Assembly (NCBI GenBank): GCA_963836755.1
Contig: CAWIKF010000002.1
Span: forward strand, 1,696,001 to 1,760,000
Length of the DNA: 64,000 nucleotides
Reading direction: 5' to 3'
Origin: an uncultured Verrucomicrobiae bacterium
GTDB taxonomy: Bacteria > Verrucomicrobiota > Verrucomicrobiia > Chthoniobacterales > Chthoniobacteraceae
The notes beneath the pieces are model-generated. The model searched no databases and was not told where the DNA came from. It was given only the letters and a program-made list of their open reading frames with translations. This document shows, piece after piece, positions 36,041-44,786 of the stretch (its first letter is position 1; each line of letters starts with the position of its first letter). A program made the translations under genes and the position numbers.

Positions 36041-37021
36041 ATGAGTTTTTTCGCGCGCGATTACGATTACGCGCTACCGCCGGAATTGATCGCGCAGCGT
36101 CCGCTGCCGGAGCGCGCAGCCTCGCGCATGATGCTGCTGCATCGCGCGGAACAGCGGATCGAGCACGCCGCGTTTGCGGACTTTCCGAGCTTCATCCGCG
36201 CCGGAGATTTGGTGGTTTTAAACGACACCAAAGTTGTGCCCGCGCGTGCCTTCACAGACGACGGCAAAAACGAATTGCTCTTCCTCGAAGCCGCCGGCGT
36301 GAACGCGTGGCGCTGCATGGTGAAACCGGGACGTCGGATGCGCGTGGGCAACATTTTCACGCTCGGCCAGATCGAGGGGCGCGTGCTCGAAACTACGCCG
36401 GCCGGCGAGCGTATCATTGAGTTTGCGCAGCCGCTCGACCTCGAGAAAATCGGCCGGATGCCGATCCCGCCTTACCTCGCGCGGGAGAGCGACGCCGGCG
36501 ATGCAGAGCGTTATCAAACTGTTTACGCGCGCGCCGCGGGTGCGGTGGCCGCTCCGACTGCGGGCTTGCATTTCACGCCGGAAATTCTGGCGCGCGTGCC
36601 GCATGAATTCATCACGCTGCACGTTGGCACGGGAACTTTTCGCTCAGTGAAAACAGACGACATCCGCGAACACGAGATGCACTCCGAACGCTTCGCCATC
36701 ACCGCCGCCGCCGCCGCGCGTATCAATGCGGCAACGCGTGCCGTCGCGATCGGCACGACCACCACGCGCGTGCTCGAAAGCTGCGTGCGGAGCGATGGCG
36801 AAGTGCGCGAGCAGGAAGGAGCGACCGACATTTTCATCCATCCGCCGTTCGAGTTTCGCCGCGTCGGCGCGCTGCTGACAAATTTCCATCTGCCGAAATC
36901 GACGCTGCTGATGCTGGTCTGCGCGATGGCCGGACGAGACTTCATCATGGAGGCTTATGCGGCGGCCATCCGCGAGCGCTATCGCTTTTTTAGCTACGGC
37001 GATTGCATGCTCATCTTGTAG
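36041..37021 (+). CDS. queA: S-adenosylmethionine:tRNA ribosyltransferase-isomerase
   Basis: LPPELIAQRP, YQTVYA, AAPTAGLHFT, LHVG.GTF, TNFHLPKSTL and YRFFSYGD motifs. Confidence 0.97.
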   Translation: MSFFARDYDYALPPELIAQRPLPERAASRMMLLHRAEQRIEHAAFADFPSFIRAGDLVVLNDTKVVPARAFTDDGKNELLFLEAAGVNAWRCMVKPGRRMRVGNIFTLGQIEGRVLETTPAGERIIEFAQPLDLEKIGRMPIPPYLARESDAGDAERYQTVYARAAGAVAAPTAGLHFTPEILARVPHEFITLHVGTGTFRSVKTDDIREHEMHSERFAITAAAAARINAATRAVAIGTTTTRVLESCVRSDGEVREQEGATDIFIHPPFEFRRVGALLTNFHLPKSTLLMLVCAMAGRDFIMEAYAAAIRERYRFFSYGDCMLIL

Positions 37022-37072
37022 CGCTCGCTCGACTTTTCCGCTTTTCCCGCTATCTTCCCGCTCGCTTTTTCC

Positions 37073-38198
37073 ATGAGCACTTTTACCAAACCGCGCGTCG
37101 TCCTCGGCATGAGCGGCGGCGTCGATTCGTCCGTCGCCGCATGGCTTCTCAAGGAGCAAGGCTACGACGTCATCGGCGTGACGATGAAAGTTTGGCCGCA
37201 GGATTGCATCTCTCGCGCCGAGGACAAATGCTGCGGCCCGAGCGCGATCGCCGATGCGCGCGGCGTCGCCCACACCCTCGGCATTCCGCATTACGTCATC
37301 GACGAAGCCGACTCATTCGAGCGCACCGTCATCGGCTACTTTGCCAGCGAATATCAGGCCGGCCGCACGCCGAATCCGTGCGTGATGTGCAATGAAAAAC
37401 TAAAGTTCGGCAGCCTTTGGGACAAAGCTCGCGGGCTCGGCGCCGAATACATTGCGACCGGCCATTACGCCATCATCGAGCACTCCGTGAACTTTGACGG
37501 CACGCCGCGAGCCGTGTTGCGCAAAGGCCGCGACCCTCGCAAAGACCAGTCGTATTTTCTCTTCAGCCTGCGGCAAAAACAACTGCAGCGCGCGCTTTGC
37601 CCGCTCGGCGAAATGTCGAAGCCAGAGATTCGCGACATCGCGCGGAAGCTTGGTTTGAAGAGTCGCTGACAAAGCCGACAGCCAGGAAATTTGTTTCGTG
37701 CCCGGCAACGATTACAAAGCTTTTTTAAAAGCGCATCTCGGCGAAAACGAATTTCATCCCGGCGGCATTTACGACAAACATGGCGCTTTTCTCGCGCCTC
37801 ACGACGGCATCGAAATGTTCACGATCGGCCAGCGCAAAGGATTGCCGGGCGGTTCGCCGCGGCCGATTTATGTCATCGATCTCGATCCCGCGACCAGCCG
37901 CGTCATCGTCGGCGAGGCCGAAGATTTGGTGTGCGACGAGTTTGAAGTCGATCACGTGAACTGGCTCGGCGACGAGATATTTTCCGAGCCGCGCGAGATC
38001 GGCGTCAAAATTCGCTACGCTCATGCCGGCGCGTCCGCAACTCTTTTTCCGGGCGAGAATGGAGTCGCGCGCATTCGGCTGCACGAGCCTCAACGCGCTG
38101 TCACGCCGGGACAAGCCGCCGTTTTCTACGACGGCGACCGCGTGCTCGGCGGCGGCTGGATATGCCGGCAACAGGCCGCAGTCGCAGCGGCGAGCTGA
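37073..38198 (+). CDS. mnmA: tRNA-specific 2-thiouridylase MnmA, split by one extra base near 37660-37661
   Basis: SGGVDS, TPNPC, ATGHY and KDQSYFL lie in ORF 37073..37669. DSQEICF, TIGQRKG and TPGQAAV lie in a shifted frame. Removing one base restores LGLKVADKADSQEICFVP. Confidence 0.93.
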
Positions 38199-38255
38199 AT
38201 TGCAAGCGCGGAGAATTTTCGCGCATCGGCCGTCGCGCGCCGCTAAATTATTGGC

Positions 38256-39167
38256 GTGAAACTTTTGCTCGTTGACGGTCACTACTATGTTTACCGATCA
38301 TTTTTCGCGATCCGGAATCTAAGCAATTCGCACGGCGAACCGACGAACGCGATTTACGGCTTCATCAAAACTTTGCGTCGCATGGTCAAGGATCTGAGGC
38401 CGGAACTGGGCGCGATCATTTGGGACGAAGGGCTGCCGACGCGCCGCACGGAACTGCAGCCGGCCTACAAGGAAACGCGCGCAGAGATGCCGGAGGAGAT
38501 GCGCCCGCAGCTTGCGTTCATTCAAAAACTCGCGCCGCTGCTCGGGTTCGCGTCGCTCAGTTTGCCCGACACGGAGGCTGACGATCTGATGGCGTCGTAT
38601 GCGTGCGCGGCTTTGCAGAAAAAATTCGAAGTGGTGCTCGCGACGAACGACAAGGACCTGTTTCAGCTCGTCGCGGATGGCGTGAAAGTTTACACGACAA
38701 ACAAGGTCGATCTCGCGACACCGAAAGACACTTTCGCGCTGCTCGACATCGCATGTGTCGAAAAAAAATGGGGCGTGCGGCCAGAGCAAATCGGTGAGGT
38801 GCTGTGCCTCATCGGCGACTCGGTCGATAACATTCCTGGCGTCGCTGGGCTCGGGCCCAAGAATGCGGTGGGACTTTTACGCGAGCATGGAGGTCTCGAC
38901 GCATTGCTCGCGAATCTCGACGCGGTAAAAAATGAGCGGATTCGTGAAAAGCTGAAAGCCGCGCGCGCGCAAATTTTGCAGAACCGTGAGATGGTGAAAC
39001 TCGATTCCGATTTGCCGCTGCCGATGCCGGTGGAGGATTTGCGCATTCGCCCGCGCTACGACGAGCTGATCGCGCGACTCGAGCGTTGTGAATTTAAATC
39101 GCTGATGCAGGAACTCCGTGACGATGCGACGGGCTCTGAGGCAACGCCGCAGGCTGAGCTGTTCTAA
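38256..39167 (+). CDS. Standalone 5'-3' exonuclease/flap endonuclease (Pol I N-terminal domain only)
   Basis: LVDG, YK.TR, EADD, DKDL.QL and GDSVDNIPGV.GLGPK motifs. Ends at 303 aa without a polymerase domain. Confidence 0.92.
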   Translation: MKLLLVDGHYYVYRSFFAIRNLSNSHGEPTNAIYGFIKTLRRMVKDLRPELGAIIWDEGLPTRRTELQPAYKETRAEMPEEMRPQLAFIQKLAPLLGFASLSLPDTEADDLMASYACAALQKKFEVVLATNDKDLFQLVADGVKVYTTNKVDLATPKDTFALLDIACVEKKWGVRPEQIGEVLCLIGDSVDNIPGVAGLGPKNAVGLLREHGGLDALLANLDAVKNERIREKLKAARAQILQNREMVKLDSDLPLPMPVEDLRIRPRYDELIARLERCEFKSLMQELRDDATGSEATPQAELF

Positions 39168-39183
39168 GGCACGTCAAAAGGCC

Positions 39184-39200
39184 TTGGCACGCGGGCTGCT
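39184..39200 (+). promoter_or_regulatory. Putative sigma-54 (-24/-12) promoter
   Basis: TTGGCACGCGGGCTGCT has TGGCAC and correct GG-N10-GC spacing. Confidence 0.6.
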
Positions 39201-39212
39201 AATTCAGTTTGC

Positions 39213-39338
39213 ATGAAAGCCCAAACTTCTATCCGCGCTCGCCGCACCACACGACTTCCTTCCCCGAAATGCAGCCTCCCGAGGCTGGCGTTGTTCATGG
39301 AATTGTTCGTCGCGCCGGCGAACCGCTTCGCGAAATAA
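39213..39338 (+). CDS. Putative 41-aa small protein
   Basis: Hand translation MKAQTSIRARRTTRLPSPKCSLPRLALFMELFVAPANRFAK*. It fills the intergenic gap directly after the sigma-54-like motif. Confidence 0.4.
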   Translation: MKAQTSIRARRTTRLPSPKCSLPRLALFMELFVAPANRFAK

Positions 39339-39346
39339 CGGCCGCG

Positions 39347-40000
39347 CTATTTCAAACCCGGCGACGCTGACGCCGCCGGATGCGCTGGAAAAAAATTGCT
39401 CCAGTCATTCTTTTGCGGAGCGGCAGCATTCACTGACCAGGCGCCGAGGTGATCGCTCTTTGCCTTTGCCTCGAGCGTCTTCAAGTGCGCGTCAAATGCC
39501 TTCGCGCTCATGCCATTCGGCATCACCGCAGGCATTCCAAAGACTCGCCCGAGCCCGTTCGCAACCAGCAGTTCGCCGAGCGTTTTGTCGTCCACCATCA
39601 CGTGCGCGTAGTAGCGCGGGAGACGGCTTTCGCCGCGCGCGTCCTGCCAGCGCGTGTAGACGGTGAAAGGCTTCGCGAGCTTTGAGCGTGTAAAATCTTC
39701 GGCGACTTTGCCGATCCTCACGGCTTCCTTCGCACTGATGCCGAAATATTTTGCCTGTTCATCCACGCGCTCGGGAAACTCGAGGCTCGTCTCGGGCGCA
39801 TCGACGAAATAGATGCGAAAAATGAATTCCTTGCCGTCTGCCTTGACATGGAAACTGTCACCATCGTTCGACGCGTTTGGCATCAAACGACAATCCTCGA
39901 GCTTGTCATAGCCGTGCTCCGCCGCTTCCACGGAGGCGGGAAAAAATAATGCGAGAAGGCAGGCGGCGAACAGCGACGGGGAGAAACGCAGGCGGATCAT
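39347..40000 (-). CDS. Thermonuclease (SNase-like) family secreted protein
   Basis: Signal peptide MIRLRF..., then NDGDSF, RIYFVDAPE, RYYA, LVANGL and AK....GAW. ATGA overlap with the upstream gene. Confidence 0.85.
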   Translation of the reverse strand: MIRLRFSPSLFAACLLALFFPASVEAAEHGYDKLEDCRLMPNASNDGDSFHVKADGKEFIFRIYFVDAPETSLEFPERVDEQAKYFGISAKEAVRIGKVAEDFTRSKLAKPFTVYTRWQDARGESRLPRYYAHVMVDDKTLGELLVANGLGRVFGMPAVMPNGMSAKAFDAHLKTLEAKAKSDHLGAWSVNAAAPQKNDWSNFFPAHPAASASPGLK

Positions 40001-40698
40001 TTGTTCAAAGTTTCGTTTTCGCGCACGCGATATTTGAGCTGACGCGAAAGCAGCCATCGCACGCCGAACATGTCCACCGTCGCCTTGATCGCGCGATTGC
40101 CAAGTCCGTATTTGCTCACGCCGAATGTGCGCGGACGGTGATTCACCGGCACTTCCTTCAGCTTGAAGCCGGCGCCTTTGACGAGCGCGGGGATGAAGCG
40201 GTGCATGCCATAAAATGGGACGAGCGCGTTGCGGCATTCGCGGCGCATTGCTTTCAACGTGCAGCCGGTGTCGCGGACGCCATCGCGCGTGAAACGACTG
40301 CGGACAAAGTTCGCGACGCGGCTCGTAATTTTTTTCGTGAGCGTGTCCTTGCGCTTCGCGCGATAGCCGCAAACGAGGTCCGCGCCGTTTTCAATTTGCG
40401 CGAGAAGTTCTAAAATATCCGCGGGATCGTTTTGCAAATCGCCGTCGAGCAGCACGATGATTTCTCCGCGCGCGGCGTGGACACCGGCATACATCGCCGC
40501 GCTTTGTCCCGCATTTTTTTCAAATTCCAGCACCCGCACTTCCGGCGTGCGGCGGATGCGCGCGAGCGTCGCGTCCTTTGACCCATCGTCGACGAAAACA
40601 ATTTCGTGATCGATTTGCCCAAGCGCCGCATCGAGCTCGCGCTGCAAATTTTCGACGTTGTCCTGTTCGTTATAAAGCGGAATGACGACGGAAATCAT
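39997..40698 (-). CDS. GT2 glycosyltransferase (polyprenol-phosphate sugar synthase-like)
   Basis: SVVIPLYNE, VDDGSKD, N.GQS.A, DGDLQNDP, DTGC.LK and HRFIP motifs. Confidence 0.92.
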   Translation of the reverse strand: MISVVIPLYNEQDNVENLQRELDAALGQIDHEIVFVDDGSKDATLARIRRTPEVRVLEFEKNAGQSAAMYAGVHAARGEIIVLLDGDLQNDPADILELLAQIENGADLVCGYRAKRKDTLTKKITSRVANFVRSRFTRDGVRDTGCTLKAMRRECRNALVPFYGMHRFIPALVKGAGFKLKEVPVNHRPRTFGVSKYGLGNRAIKATVDMFGVRWLLSRQLKYRVRENETLNK

Positions 40699-42269
40699 AA
40701 GGGGAGGCTGCGATATTTGTAGCACGCGAAGATGCGCAATTCGCGGAGCGGCAGCGAGCGGCGCGTGATCTGCAGCAGCGCGATCATCTCAACACGCTCA
40801 AAGCCGTTTTTGATCGCGGTCGGCGGTCGACCCTCGGCGCGATCCGTGATGTAGAGCGCGTCGCGGCCGATGAAGGGATTCACGCCCTGCTCCTCGGTGT
40901 AGTAGGAATCGACCGGCTGCGCGTTCGGCGTCGAGACAAATTCGTCGTAGCGCGGCCAGAACGAAAACTCGCTCTCGATGTTTTGCGACTCCGGCGTGTA
41001 AACCGGCGGGTGGCCCGTCCCTTCGGCGCGTTTGTCCGTGAGGTAAAACGAAACGCTTGCGGCTGTTTGATATTTGTTACCGATGAGAAAAGCGGGCTGC
41101 GCGGTCTCTTTTTCAAACTTTTGCCGCATTTCCTGCACCGATTCCGCGCCCGTGCGCCATCCGCGCAGGCGCGCCCCGGGATCGATATTGTAAGAAAGCG
41201 GAATGCCGCATGCGCGCAGTAGATCGAGGTTGATGATGAGCACGCTCATGACGAGGCCAAGCGCGAGCGCAGCGAAAACGAAGCGCGCTTTGGCGCGACT
41301 GCTCATGGCCGATTCATGCCAAAGCGCGACCGAAAAAATCCCCAGGCTGATAAAGGCTGGTGCCGTCCAATTTGGCTCTCCGACTTTTTTCAGCGCGAGA
41401 ATCAAATACATGACGAGCAAAGGGAGCGCGAAAAGAATCAGAAAGCGCGGCTTGAATTTCATCTGCGCAATTATGCACCCGTGCCAGAGCGCAATCATCA
41501 TCGCGATGAATATCAGCGGCGAATAAACACCAAAATGCGCGCCAAAAAATGCGAGGGTTTCGCTGGGATGGATCGCAAACGGCTCATTCAAGCCGCCGCG
41601 AGCGCGCAAGTGATCGAGTGTGATCCATGCGTGTTGTTGGTTCCAGAGAATGGGCGGCAGCGTGCAAATCGCGAACGCCGCCAGCATCAGGTAAAAACCA
41701 GGCCGCGCGAATTCGCGGCGAAACTTTTTCGTAGTCGCTAGCACGAGCACGACCGAGAGCAATTGCATCGCGTTCGTATATTTTGCGAGGAAGCCAAGCC
41801 CGATGAGCAAACCCGTGAAAGGCCACCACCACGAGATCGCCGGACTTTTGTCCAGCGCCAGCCAGAAGGTGTAAAGTGCCGCGGTCCAAAAGAAAACCGA
41901 GAGAGGATCGATCGTCATCACAAGGCTGCCGACGTTTAAAATCGGAATGCAATTGATCGCGAGCACGGTCCAGATCGCGACGCTTTCGCCATAAAGACGA
42001 AGCGCGAAAAAAAACAAAACCAGGCTCGTGCCGAGCGCGAGGAGCGGCGAAAAAAAGCGGACGCCAAATTCATTCGCGCCGAAAATTGCGGTGCTCGCGT
42101 TGATGGTCATGGCAACGCCCGGACCTTTGCTGAAATAGCTGAGCGCAGGATGCTGCGCCCACAAATAGTAATACGATTCGTCGGGCGAGAGCTCGAAATG
42201 CCCGATCATGAGCAGACGCAGCAGCGTGAGTGCGCCGAGAAAAACGAAGAGCCAGCGGCGCGGTGTCAT
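40695..42269 (-). CDS. ArnT/PMT-like membrane glycosyltransferase (GT-C fold)
   Basis: DESYY..WA, GVRF and GLGFLAKY motifs; many TM segments. Translationally coupled to its neighbours. Confidence 0.88.
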   Translation of the reverse strand: MTPRRWLFVFLGALTLLRLLMIGHFELSPDESYYYLWAQHPALSYFSKGPGVAMTINASTAIFGANEFGVRFFSPLLALGTSLVLFFFALRLYGESVAIWTVLAINCIPILNVGSLVMTIDPLSVFFWTAALYTFWLALDKSPAISWWWPFTGLLIGLGFLAKYTNAMQLLSVVLVLATTKKFRREFARPGFYLMLAAFAICTLPPILWNQQHAWITLDHLRARGGLNEPFAIHPSETLAFFGAHFGVYSPLIFIAMMIALWHGCIIAQMKFKPRFLILFALPLLVMYLILALKKVGEPNWTAPAFISLGIFSVALWHESAMSSRAKARFVFAALALGLVMSVLIINLDLLRACGIPLSYNIDPGARLRGWRTGAESVQEMRQKFEKETAQPAFLIGNKYQTAASVSFYLTDKRAEGTGHPPVYTPESQNIESEFSFWPRYDEFVSTPNAQPVDSYYTEEQGVNPFIGRDALYITDRAEGRPPTAIKNGFERVEMIALLQITRRSLPLRELRIFACYKYRSLPL

Positions 42270-42916
42270 GCGGTTTTCCTCAAGCTGGGATGCAGCGCGA
42301 AGAGCGGCGGCAGCAGGCGCGGCGCGAGCATTCGCCAGATCCATTCCGCGAACACGATGAGCAGCAATGCGCTGCCGCATGCGAGGATGATTGAAATGGC
42401 GACGTCGCTAGGCCAATGCGCGCCGACGTAAATCCGCGAATACGCCACGAGCGCCGCGACGAAAAAGTAGAGCGCTCCCTTTCGTCCATAAAAATAAGTC
42501 AGCACGATCGCTGCGCAGAAATTATTCATTGTGTGCGAAGAGGGAAAGGAGCGGCCGGCAGTCACACCGGGATTCGGCCGGGAAAAGATGACCCTCGCTT
42601 GTTTAAACAACACTTTCCAGCGGGGCTTCTCCTTTTGCAGATCGACACGGCGGACATTGCCGAGCACTTCGTGCGGACGCGGGCGGGCAACGATTTTTTT
42701 CAACGAATCCGAAATCCCGCCGTCTGAGACACCGATGACAAAGCCGAGCACGAGCACCATCGCGCGCGCGCGAAAGCCGCCAAAAATCAGCACGAGCAGA
42801 ATGGTGACCACGAGCGGCGCGAGCCACAAATCGAATGACGAAATCGCCGCCATGAAACGATCAAGCGATGGGCTGGTCCACTCGCGATTGATGAGAAAAA
42901 GAAGCTTTTGCTCCAT
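42266..42916 (-). CDS. PAP2 family phosphatase
   Basis: K..VARPRP, SFPSSH and YSRIYVGAHWPSDV motifs. Confidence 0.92.
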   Translation of the reverse strand: MEQKLLFLINREWTSPSLDRFMAAISSFDLWLAPLVVTILLVLIFGGFRARAMVLVLGFVIGVSDGGISDSLKKIVARPRPHEVLGNVRRVDLQKEKPRWKVLFKQARVIFSRPNPGVTAGRSFPSSHTMNNFCAAIVLTYFYGRKGALYFFVAALVAYSRIYVGAHWPSDVAISIILACGSALLLIVFAEWIWRMLAPRLLPPLFALHPSLRKTA

Positions 42917-42934
42917 GACGGAACCCACGAAATT

Positions 42935-43636
42935 ATGGCGATGCAAAGACAAGTAAAGGCGGGATTTGTCGCGCTGGCCGCGCTCGTGCTCGCGATGCGG
43001 GCGTTCGCGCAAAGCGAGCCGGCGGCGCAGGAAATTTTGCGATCCGCGCGGCTGAACCAGAGCACTCAGCATCGCGTGCTCGAAGGGCAATTGCGCACGG
43101 AGGATGTCGTGACGCCGTTTCGCCTCACTTTGAATGGCGGAGAGATTCGCTACGATTTTTCAAATCCGCCGCAGTCGATCGTGCTGAAGCTGAGCGAAAA
43201 TGGTTCGCAGCTTTTCGAGCAAACACAGAGCTCGATGCAAAAAGTGACCCCCGCAAAGTTCGACCAAAAAGTGCGCGGCACGGACATCACCTACGAGGAC
43301 CTGGCGCTGAAGTTCTTGTATTGGCCGAAAGCGAAAATTGACGGCGAAGAAATGAAACTCACGCGCCGCTGCTGGAAGTTGCACCTCGAGCCGGGCGCGC
43401 GCGGCGAGTCGCAATACGCCGTCGTGCTGCTCTGGGTCGAGAAGCAGAGCGGTGCGTTTTTGGAGGCGGAAGGCTACGGTGCCGATGGAAAAATCTCAAA
43501 ACGTTTCAAAGTGATCTCCGGCCAGCGCACCGACACGGGCTGGATTTTGAAGCAGATGCGCATCGAGCAGTTAAGCGGGATGAACTCGCGCGACAAGTCG
43601 CCGACGTATTTCGAAATCAACGGCCTCGAAAAGTGA
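42935..43636 (+). CDS. Outer-membrane lipoprotein-sorting (LolA-like) periplasmic protein
   Basis: Signal peptide, then a GTDITYEDL motif and Y..V.LWV.K, as in LolA-like sorting proteins. Confidence 0.7.
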   Translation: MAMQRQVKAGFVALAALVLAMRAFAQSEPAAQEILRSARLNQSTQHRVLEGQLRTEDVVTPFRLTLNGGEIRYDFSNPPQSIVLKLSENGSQLFEQTQSSMQKVTPAKFDQKVRGTDITYEDLALKFLYWPKAKIDGEEMKLTRRCWKLHLEPGARGESQYAVVLLWVEKQSGAFLEAEGYGADGKISKRFKVISGQRTDTGWILKQMRIEQLSGMNSRDKSPTYFEINGLEK

Positions 43637-44752
43637 TCAGGCGAGCGCGGCGGCAGGGCCGCTCGTCTTTTCCAGCCACTCACGATAAATCACCGGCGAT
43701 ATTTCCGACGGCTTGATCTCGCTGCGACCGCCCCAGAAAACATTTGTATAAATTACAGGAATGCCGCATGCCGCAAGATGCGCGTCGATCGCGTTTTTGT
43801 GAGCGAGCAGCCGTTCTTTTTCAGTGCCGTGCGCGACGGCCATGATGTTGACGTTGCGAAATTCCGGACCGGCCTCGCGCCAGTAACAGTGGGTCAAAAT
43901 GTCGTGGCGGCCGACCTCCGAGCCGGCTTCAAATTCACGTCCGGGCTGCACCGCCCAGTGAAACAAGGCGTTAAACCGCGTCACACGAACGCCAGCGGTC
44001 GATGGTTTGACGTGCTCAAGGAATGTGGAGAATCGGCCAATAATTTTTCGCCGCGAAAGAGCTTCAGCGATTTCGAAAAAAGTTTCCAGCGCGACGCCTG
44101 CTTCATCCGCGCGCGCGCGCCAAGGATTGCGGCCAATCTCATCCGCCGCGAACTCTCGCTTGAGCGCGAGCAACACCTGCCACTCGAGATCGCTCACTTC
44201 GACAACGCCTGTTTTAAGCATCTGCGCGGGCTCATCGGATTTGCTGCCGGGCTCGATCGTTTTGCGCCGCACGTGTCCGACGCCCAGCGTAAAGATTCCA
44301 TGCGCGGGCATGAGGCGGAAATGTTCCGCGCCGACGACTTGTGCGAGGCTTTCGGCGTGCTGCTGCAGCGAAAATCCAGCGGGAACTTTGATCGTGGTCC
44401 AAAGGCGATATTCACTACCGGCCGTGACGCCGTCAGTCGAGCGAACCACGACGTGACCCGAGAACGGATCGCGTTGAAACATGAAATCGAACGCGGCGTT
44501 GAGTTTTTCCTCCGGCACTTTCCATGCGGCGAGCGCGCCTTGCGCGAGATTCGTGGCGACAAGTGTCTGGCGCACACGGCGGATCGTGCCGGCGGCGAGC
44601 ATGGCGCGAATGCGCTCGCACACGATCTCGAACGCGACGCCGGAGCGCTCGGCGATCTCAAGAAATGGCTCGCGCACAAAGCCGGAAATCTTGTCCTCGG
44701 AAATCGCGAGGATCTGCGCGTTGATCGGATCGGTGTGTTCGACGGGCGTCAT
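43637..44752 (-). CDS. Fused siroheme decarboxylase-like protein (AhbAB/NirDL; Lrp/AsnC-like duplication)
   Basis: Two Lrp-like halves, with PF.EIAE..G, GTIRR, HVVVR in the first and IIGRF, THCYWR, N...VAHG in the second. Confidence 0.75.
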   Translation of the reverse strand: MTPVEHTDPINAQILAISEDKISGFVREPFLEIAERSGVAFEIVCERIRAMLAAGTIRRVRQTLVATNLAQGALAAWKVPEEKLNAAFDFMFQRDPFSGHVVVRSTDGVTAGSEYRLWTTIKVPAGFSLQQHAESLAQVVGAEHFRLMPAHGIFTLGVGHVRRKTIEPGSKSDEPAQMLKTGVVEVSDLEWQVLLALKREFAADEIGRNPWRARADEAGVALETFFEIAEALSRRKIIGRFSTFLEHVKPSTAGVRVTRFNALFHWAVQPGREFEAGSEVGRHDILTHCYWREAGPEFRNVNIMAVAHGTEKERLLAHKNAIDAHLAACGIPVIYTNVFWGGRSEIKPSEISPVIYREWLEKTSGPAAALA

Positions 44753-44786
44753 CGGAAAAGCCGGGCACGGTAGCACGGGGTGGTCA

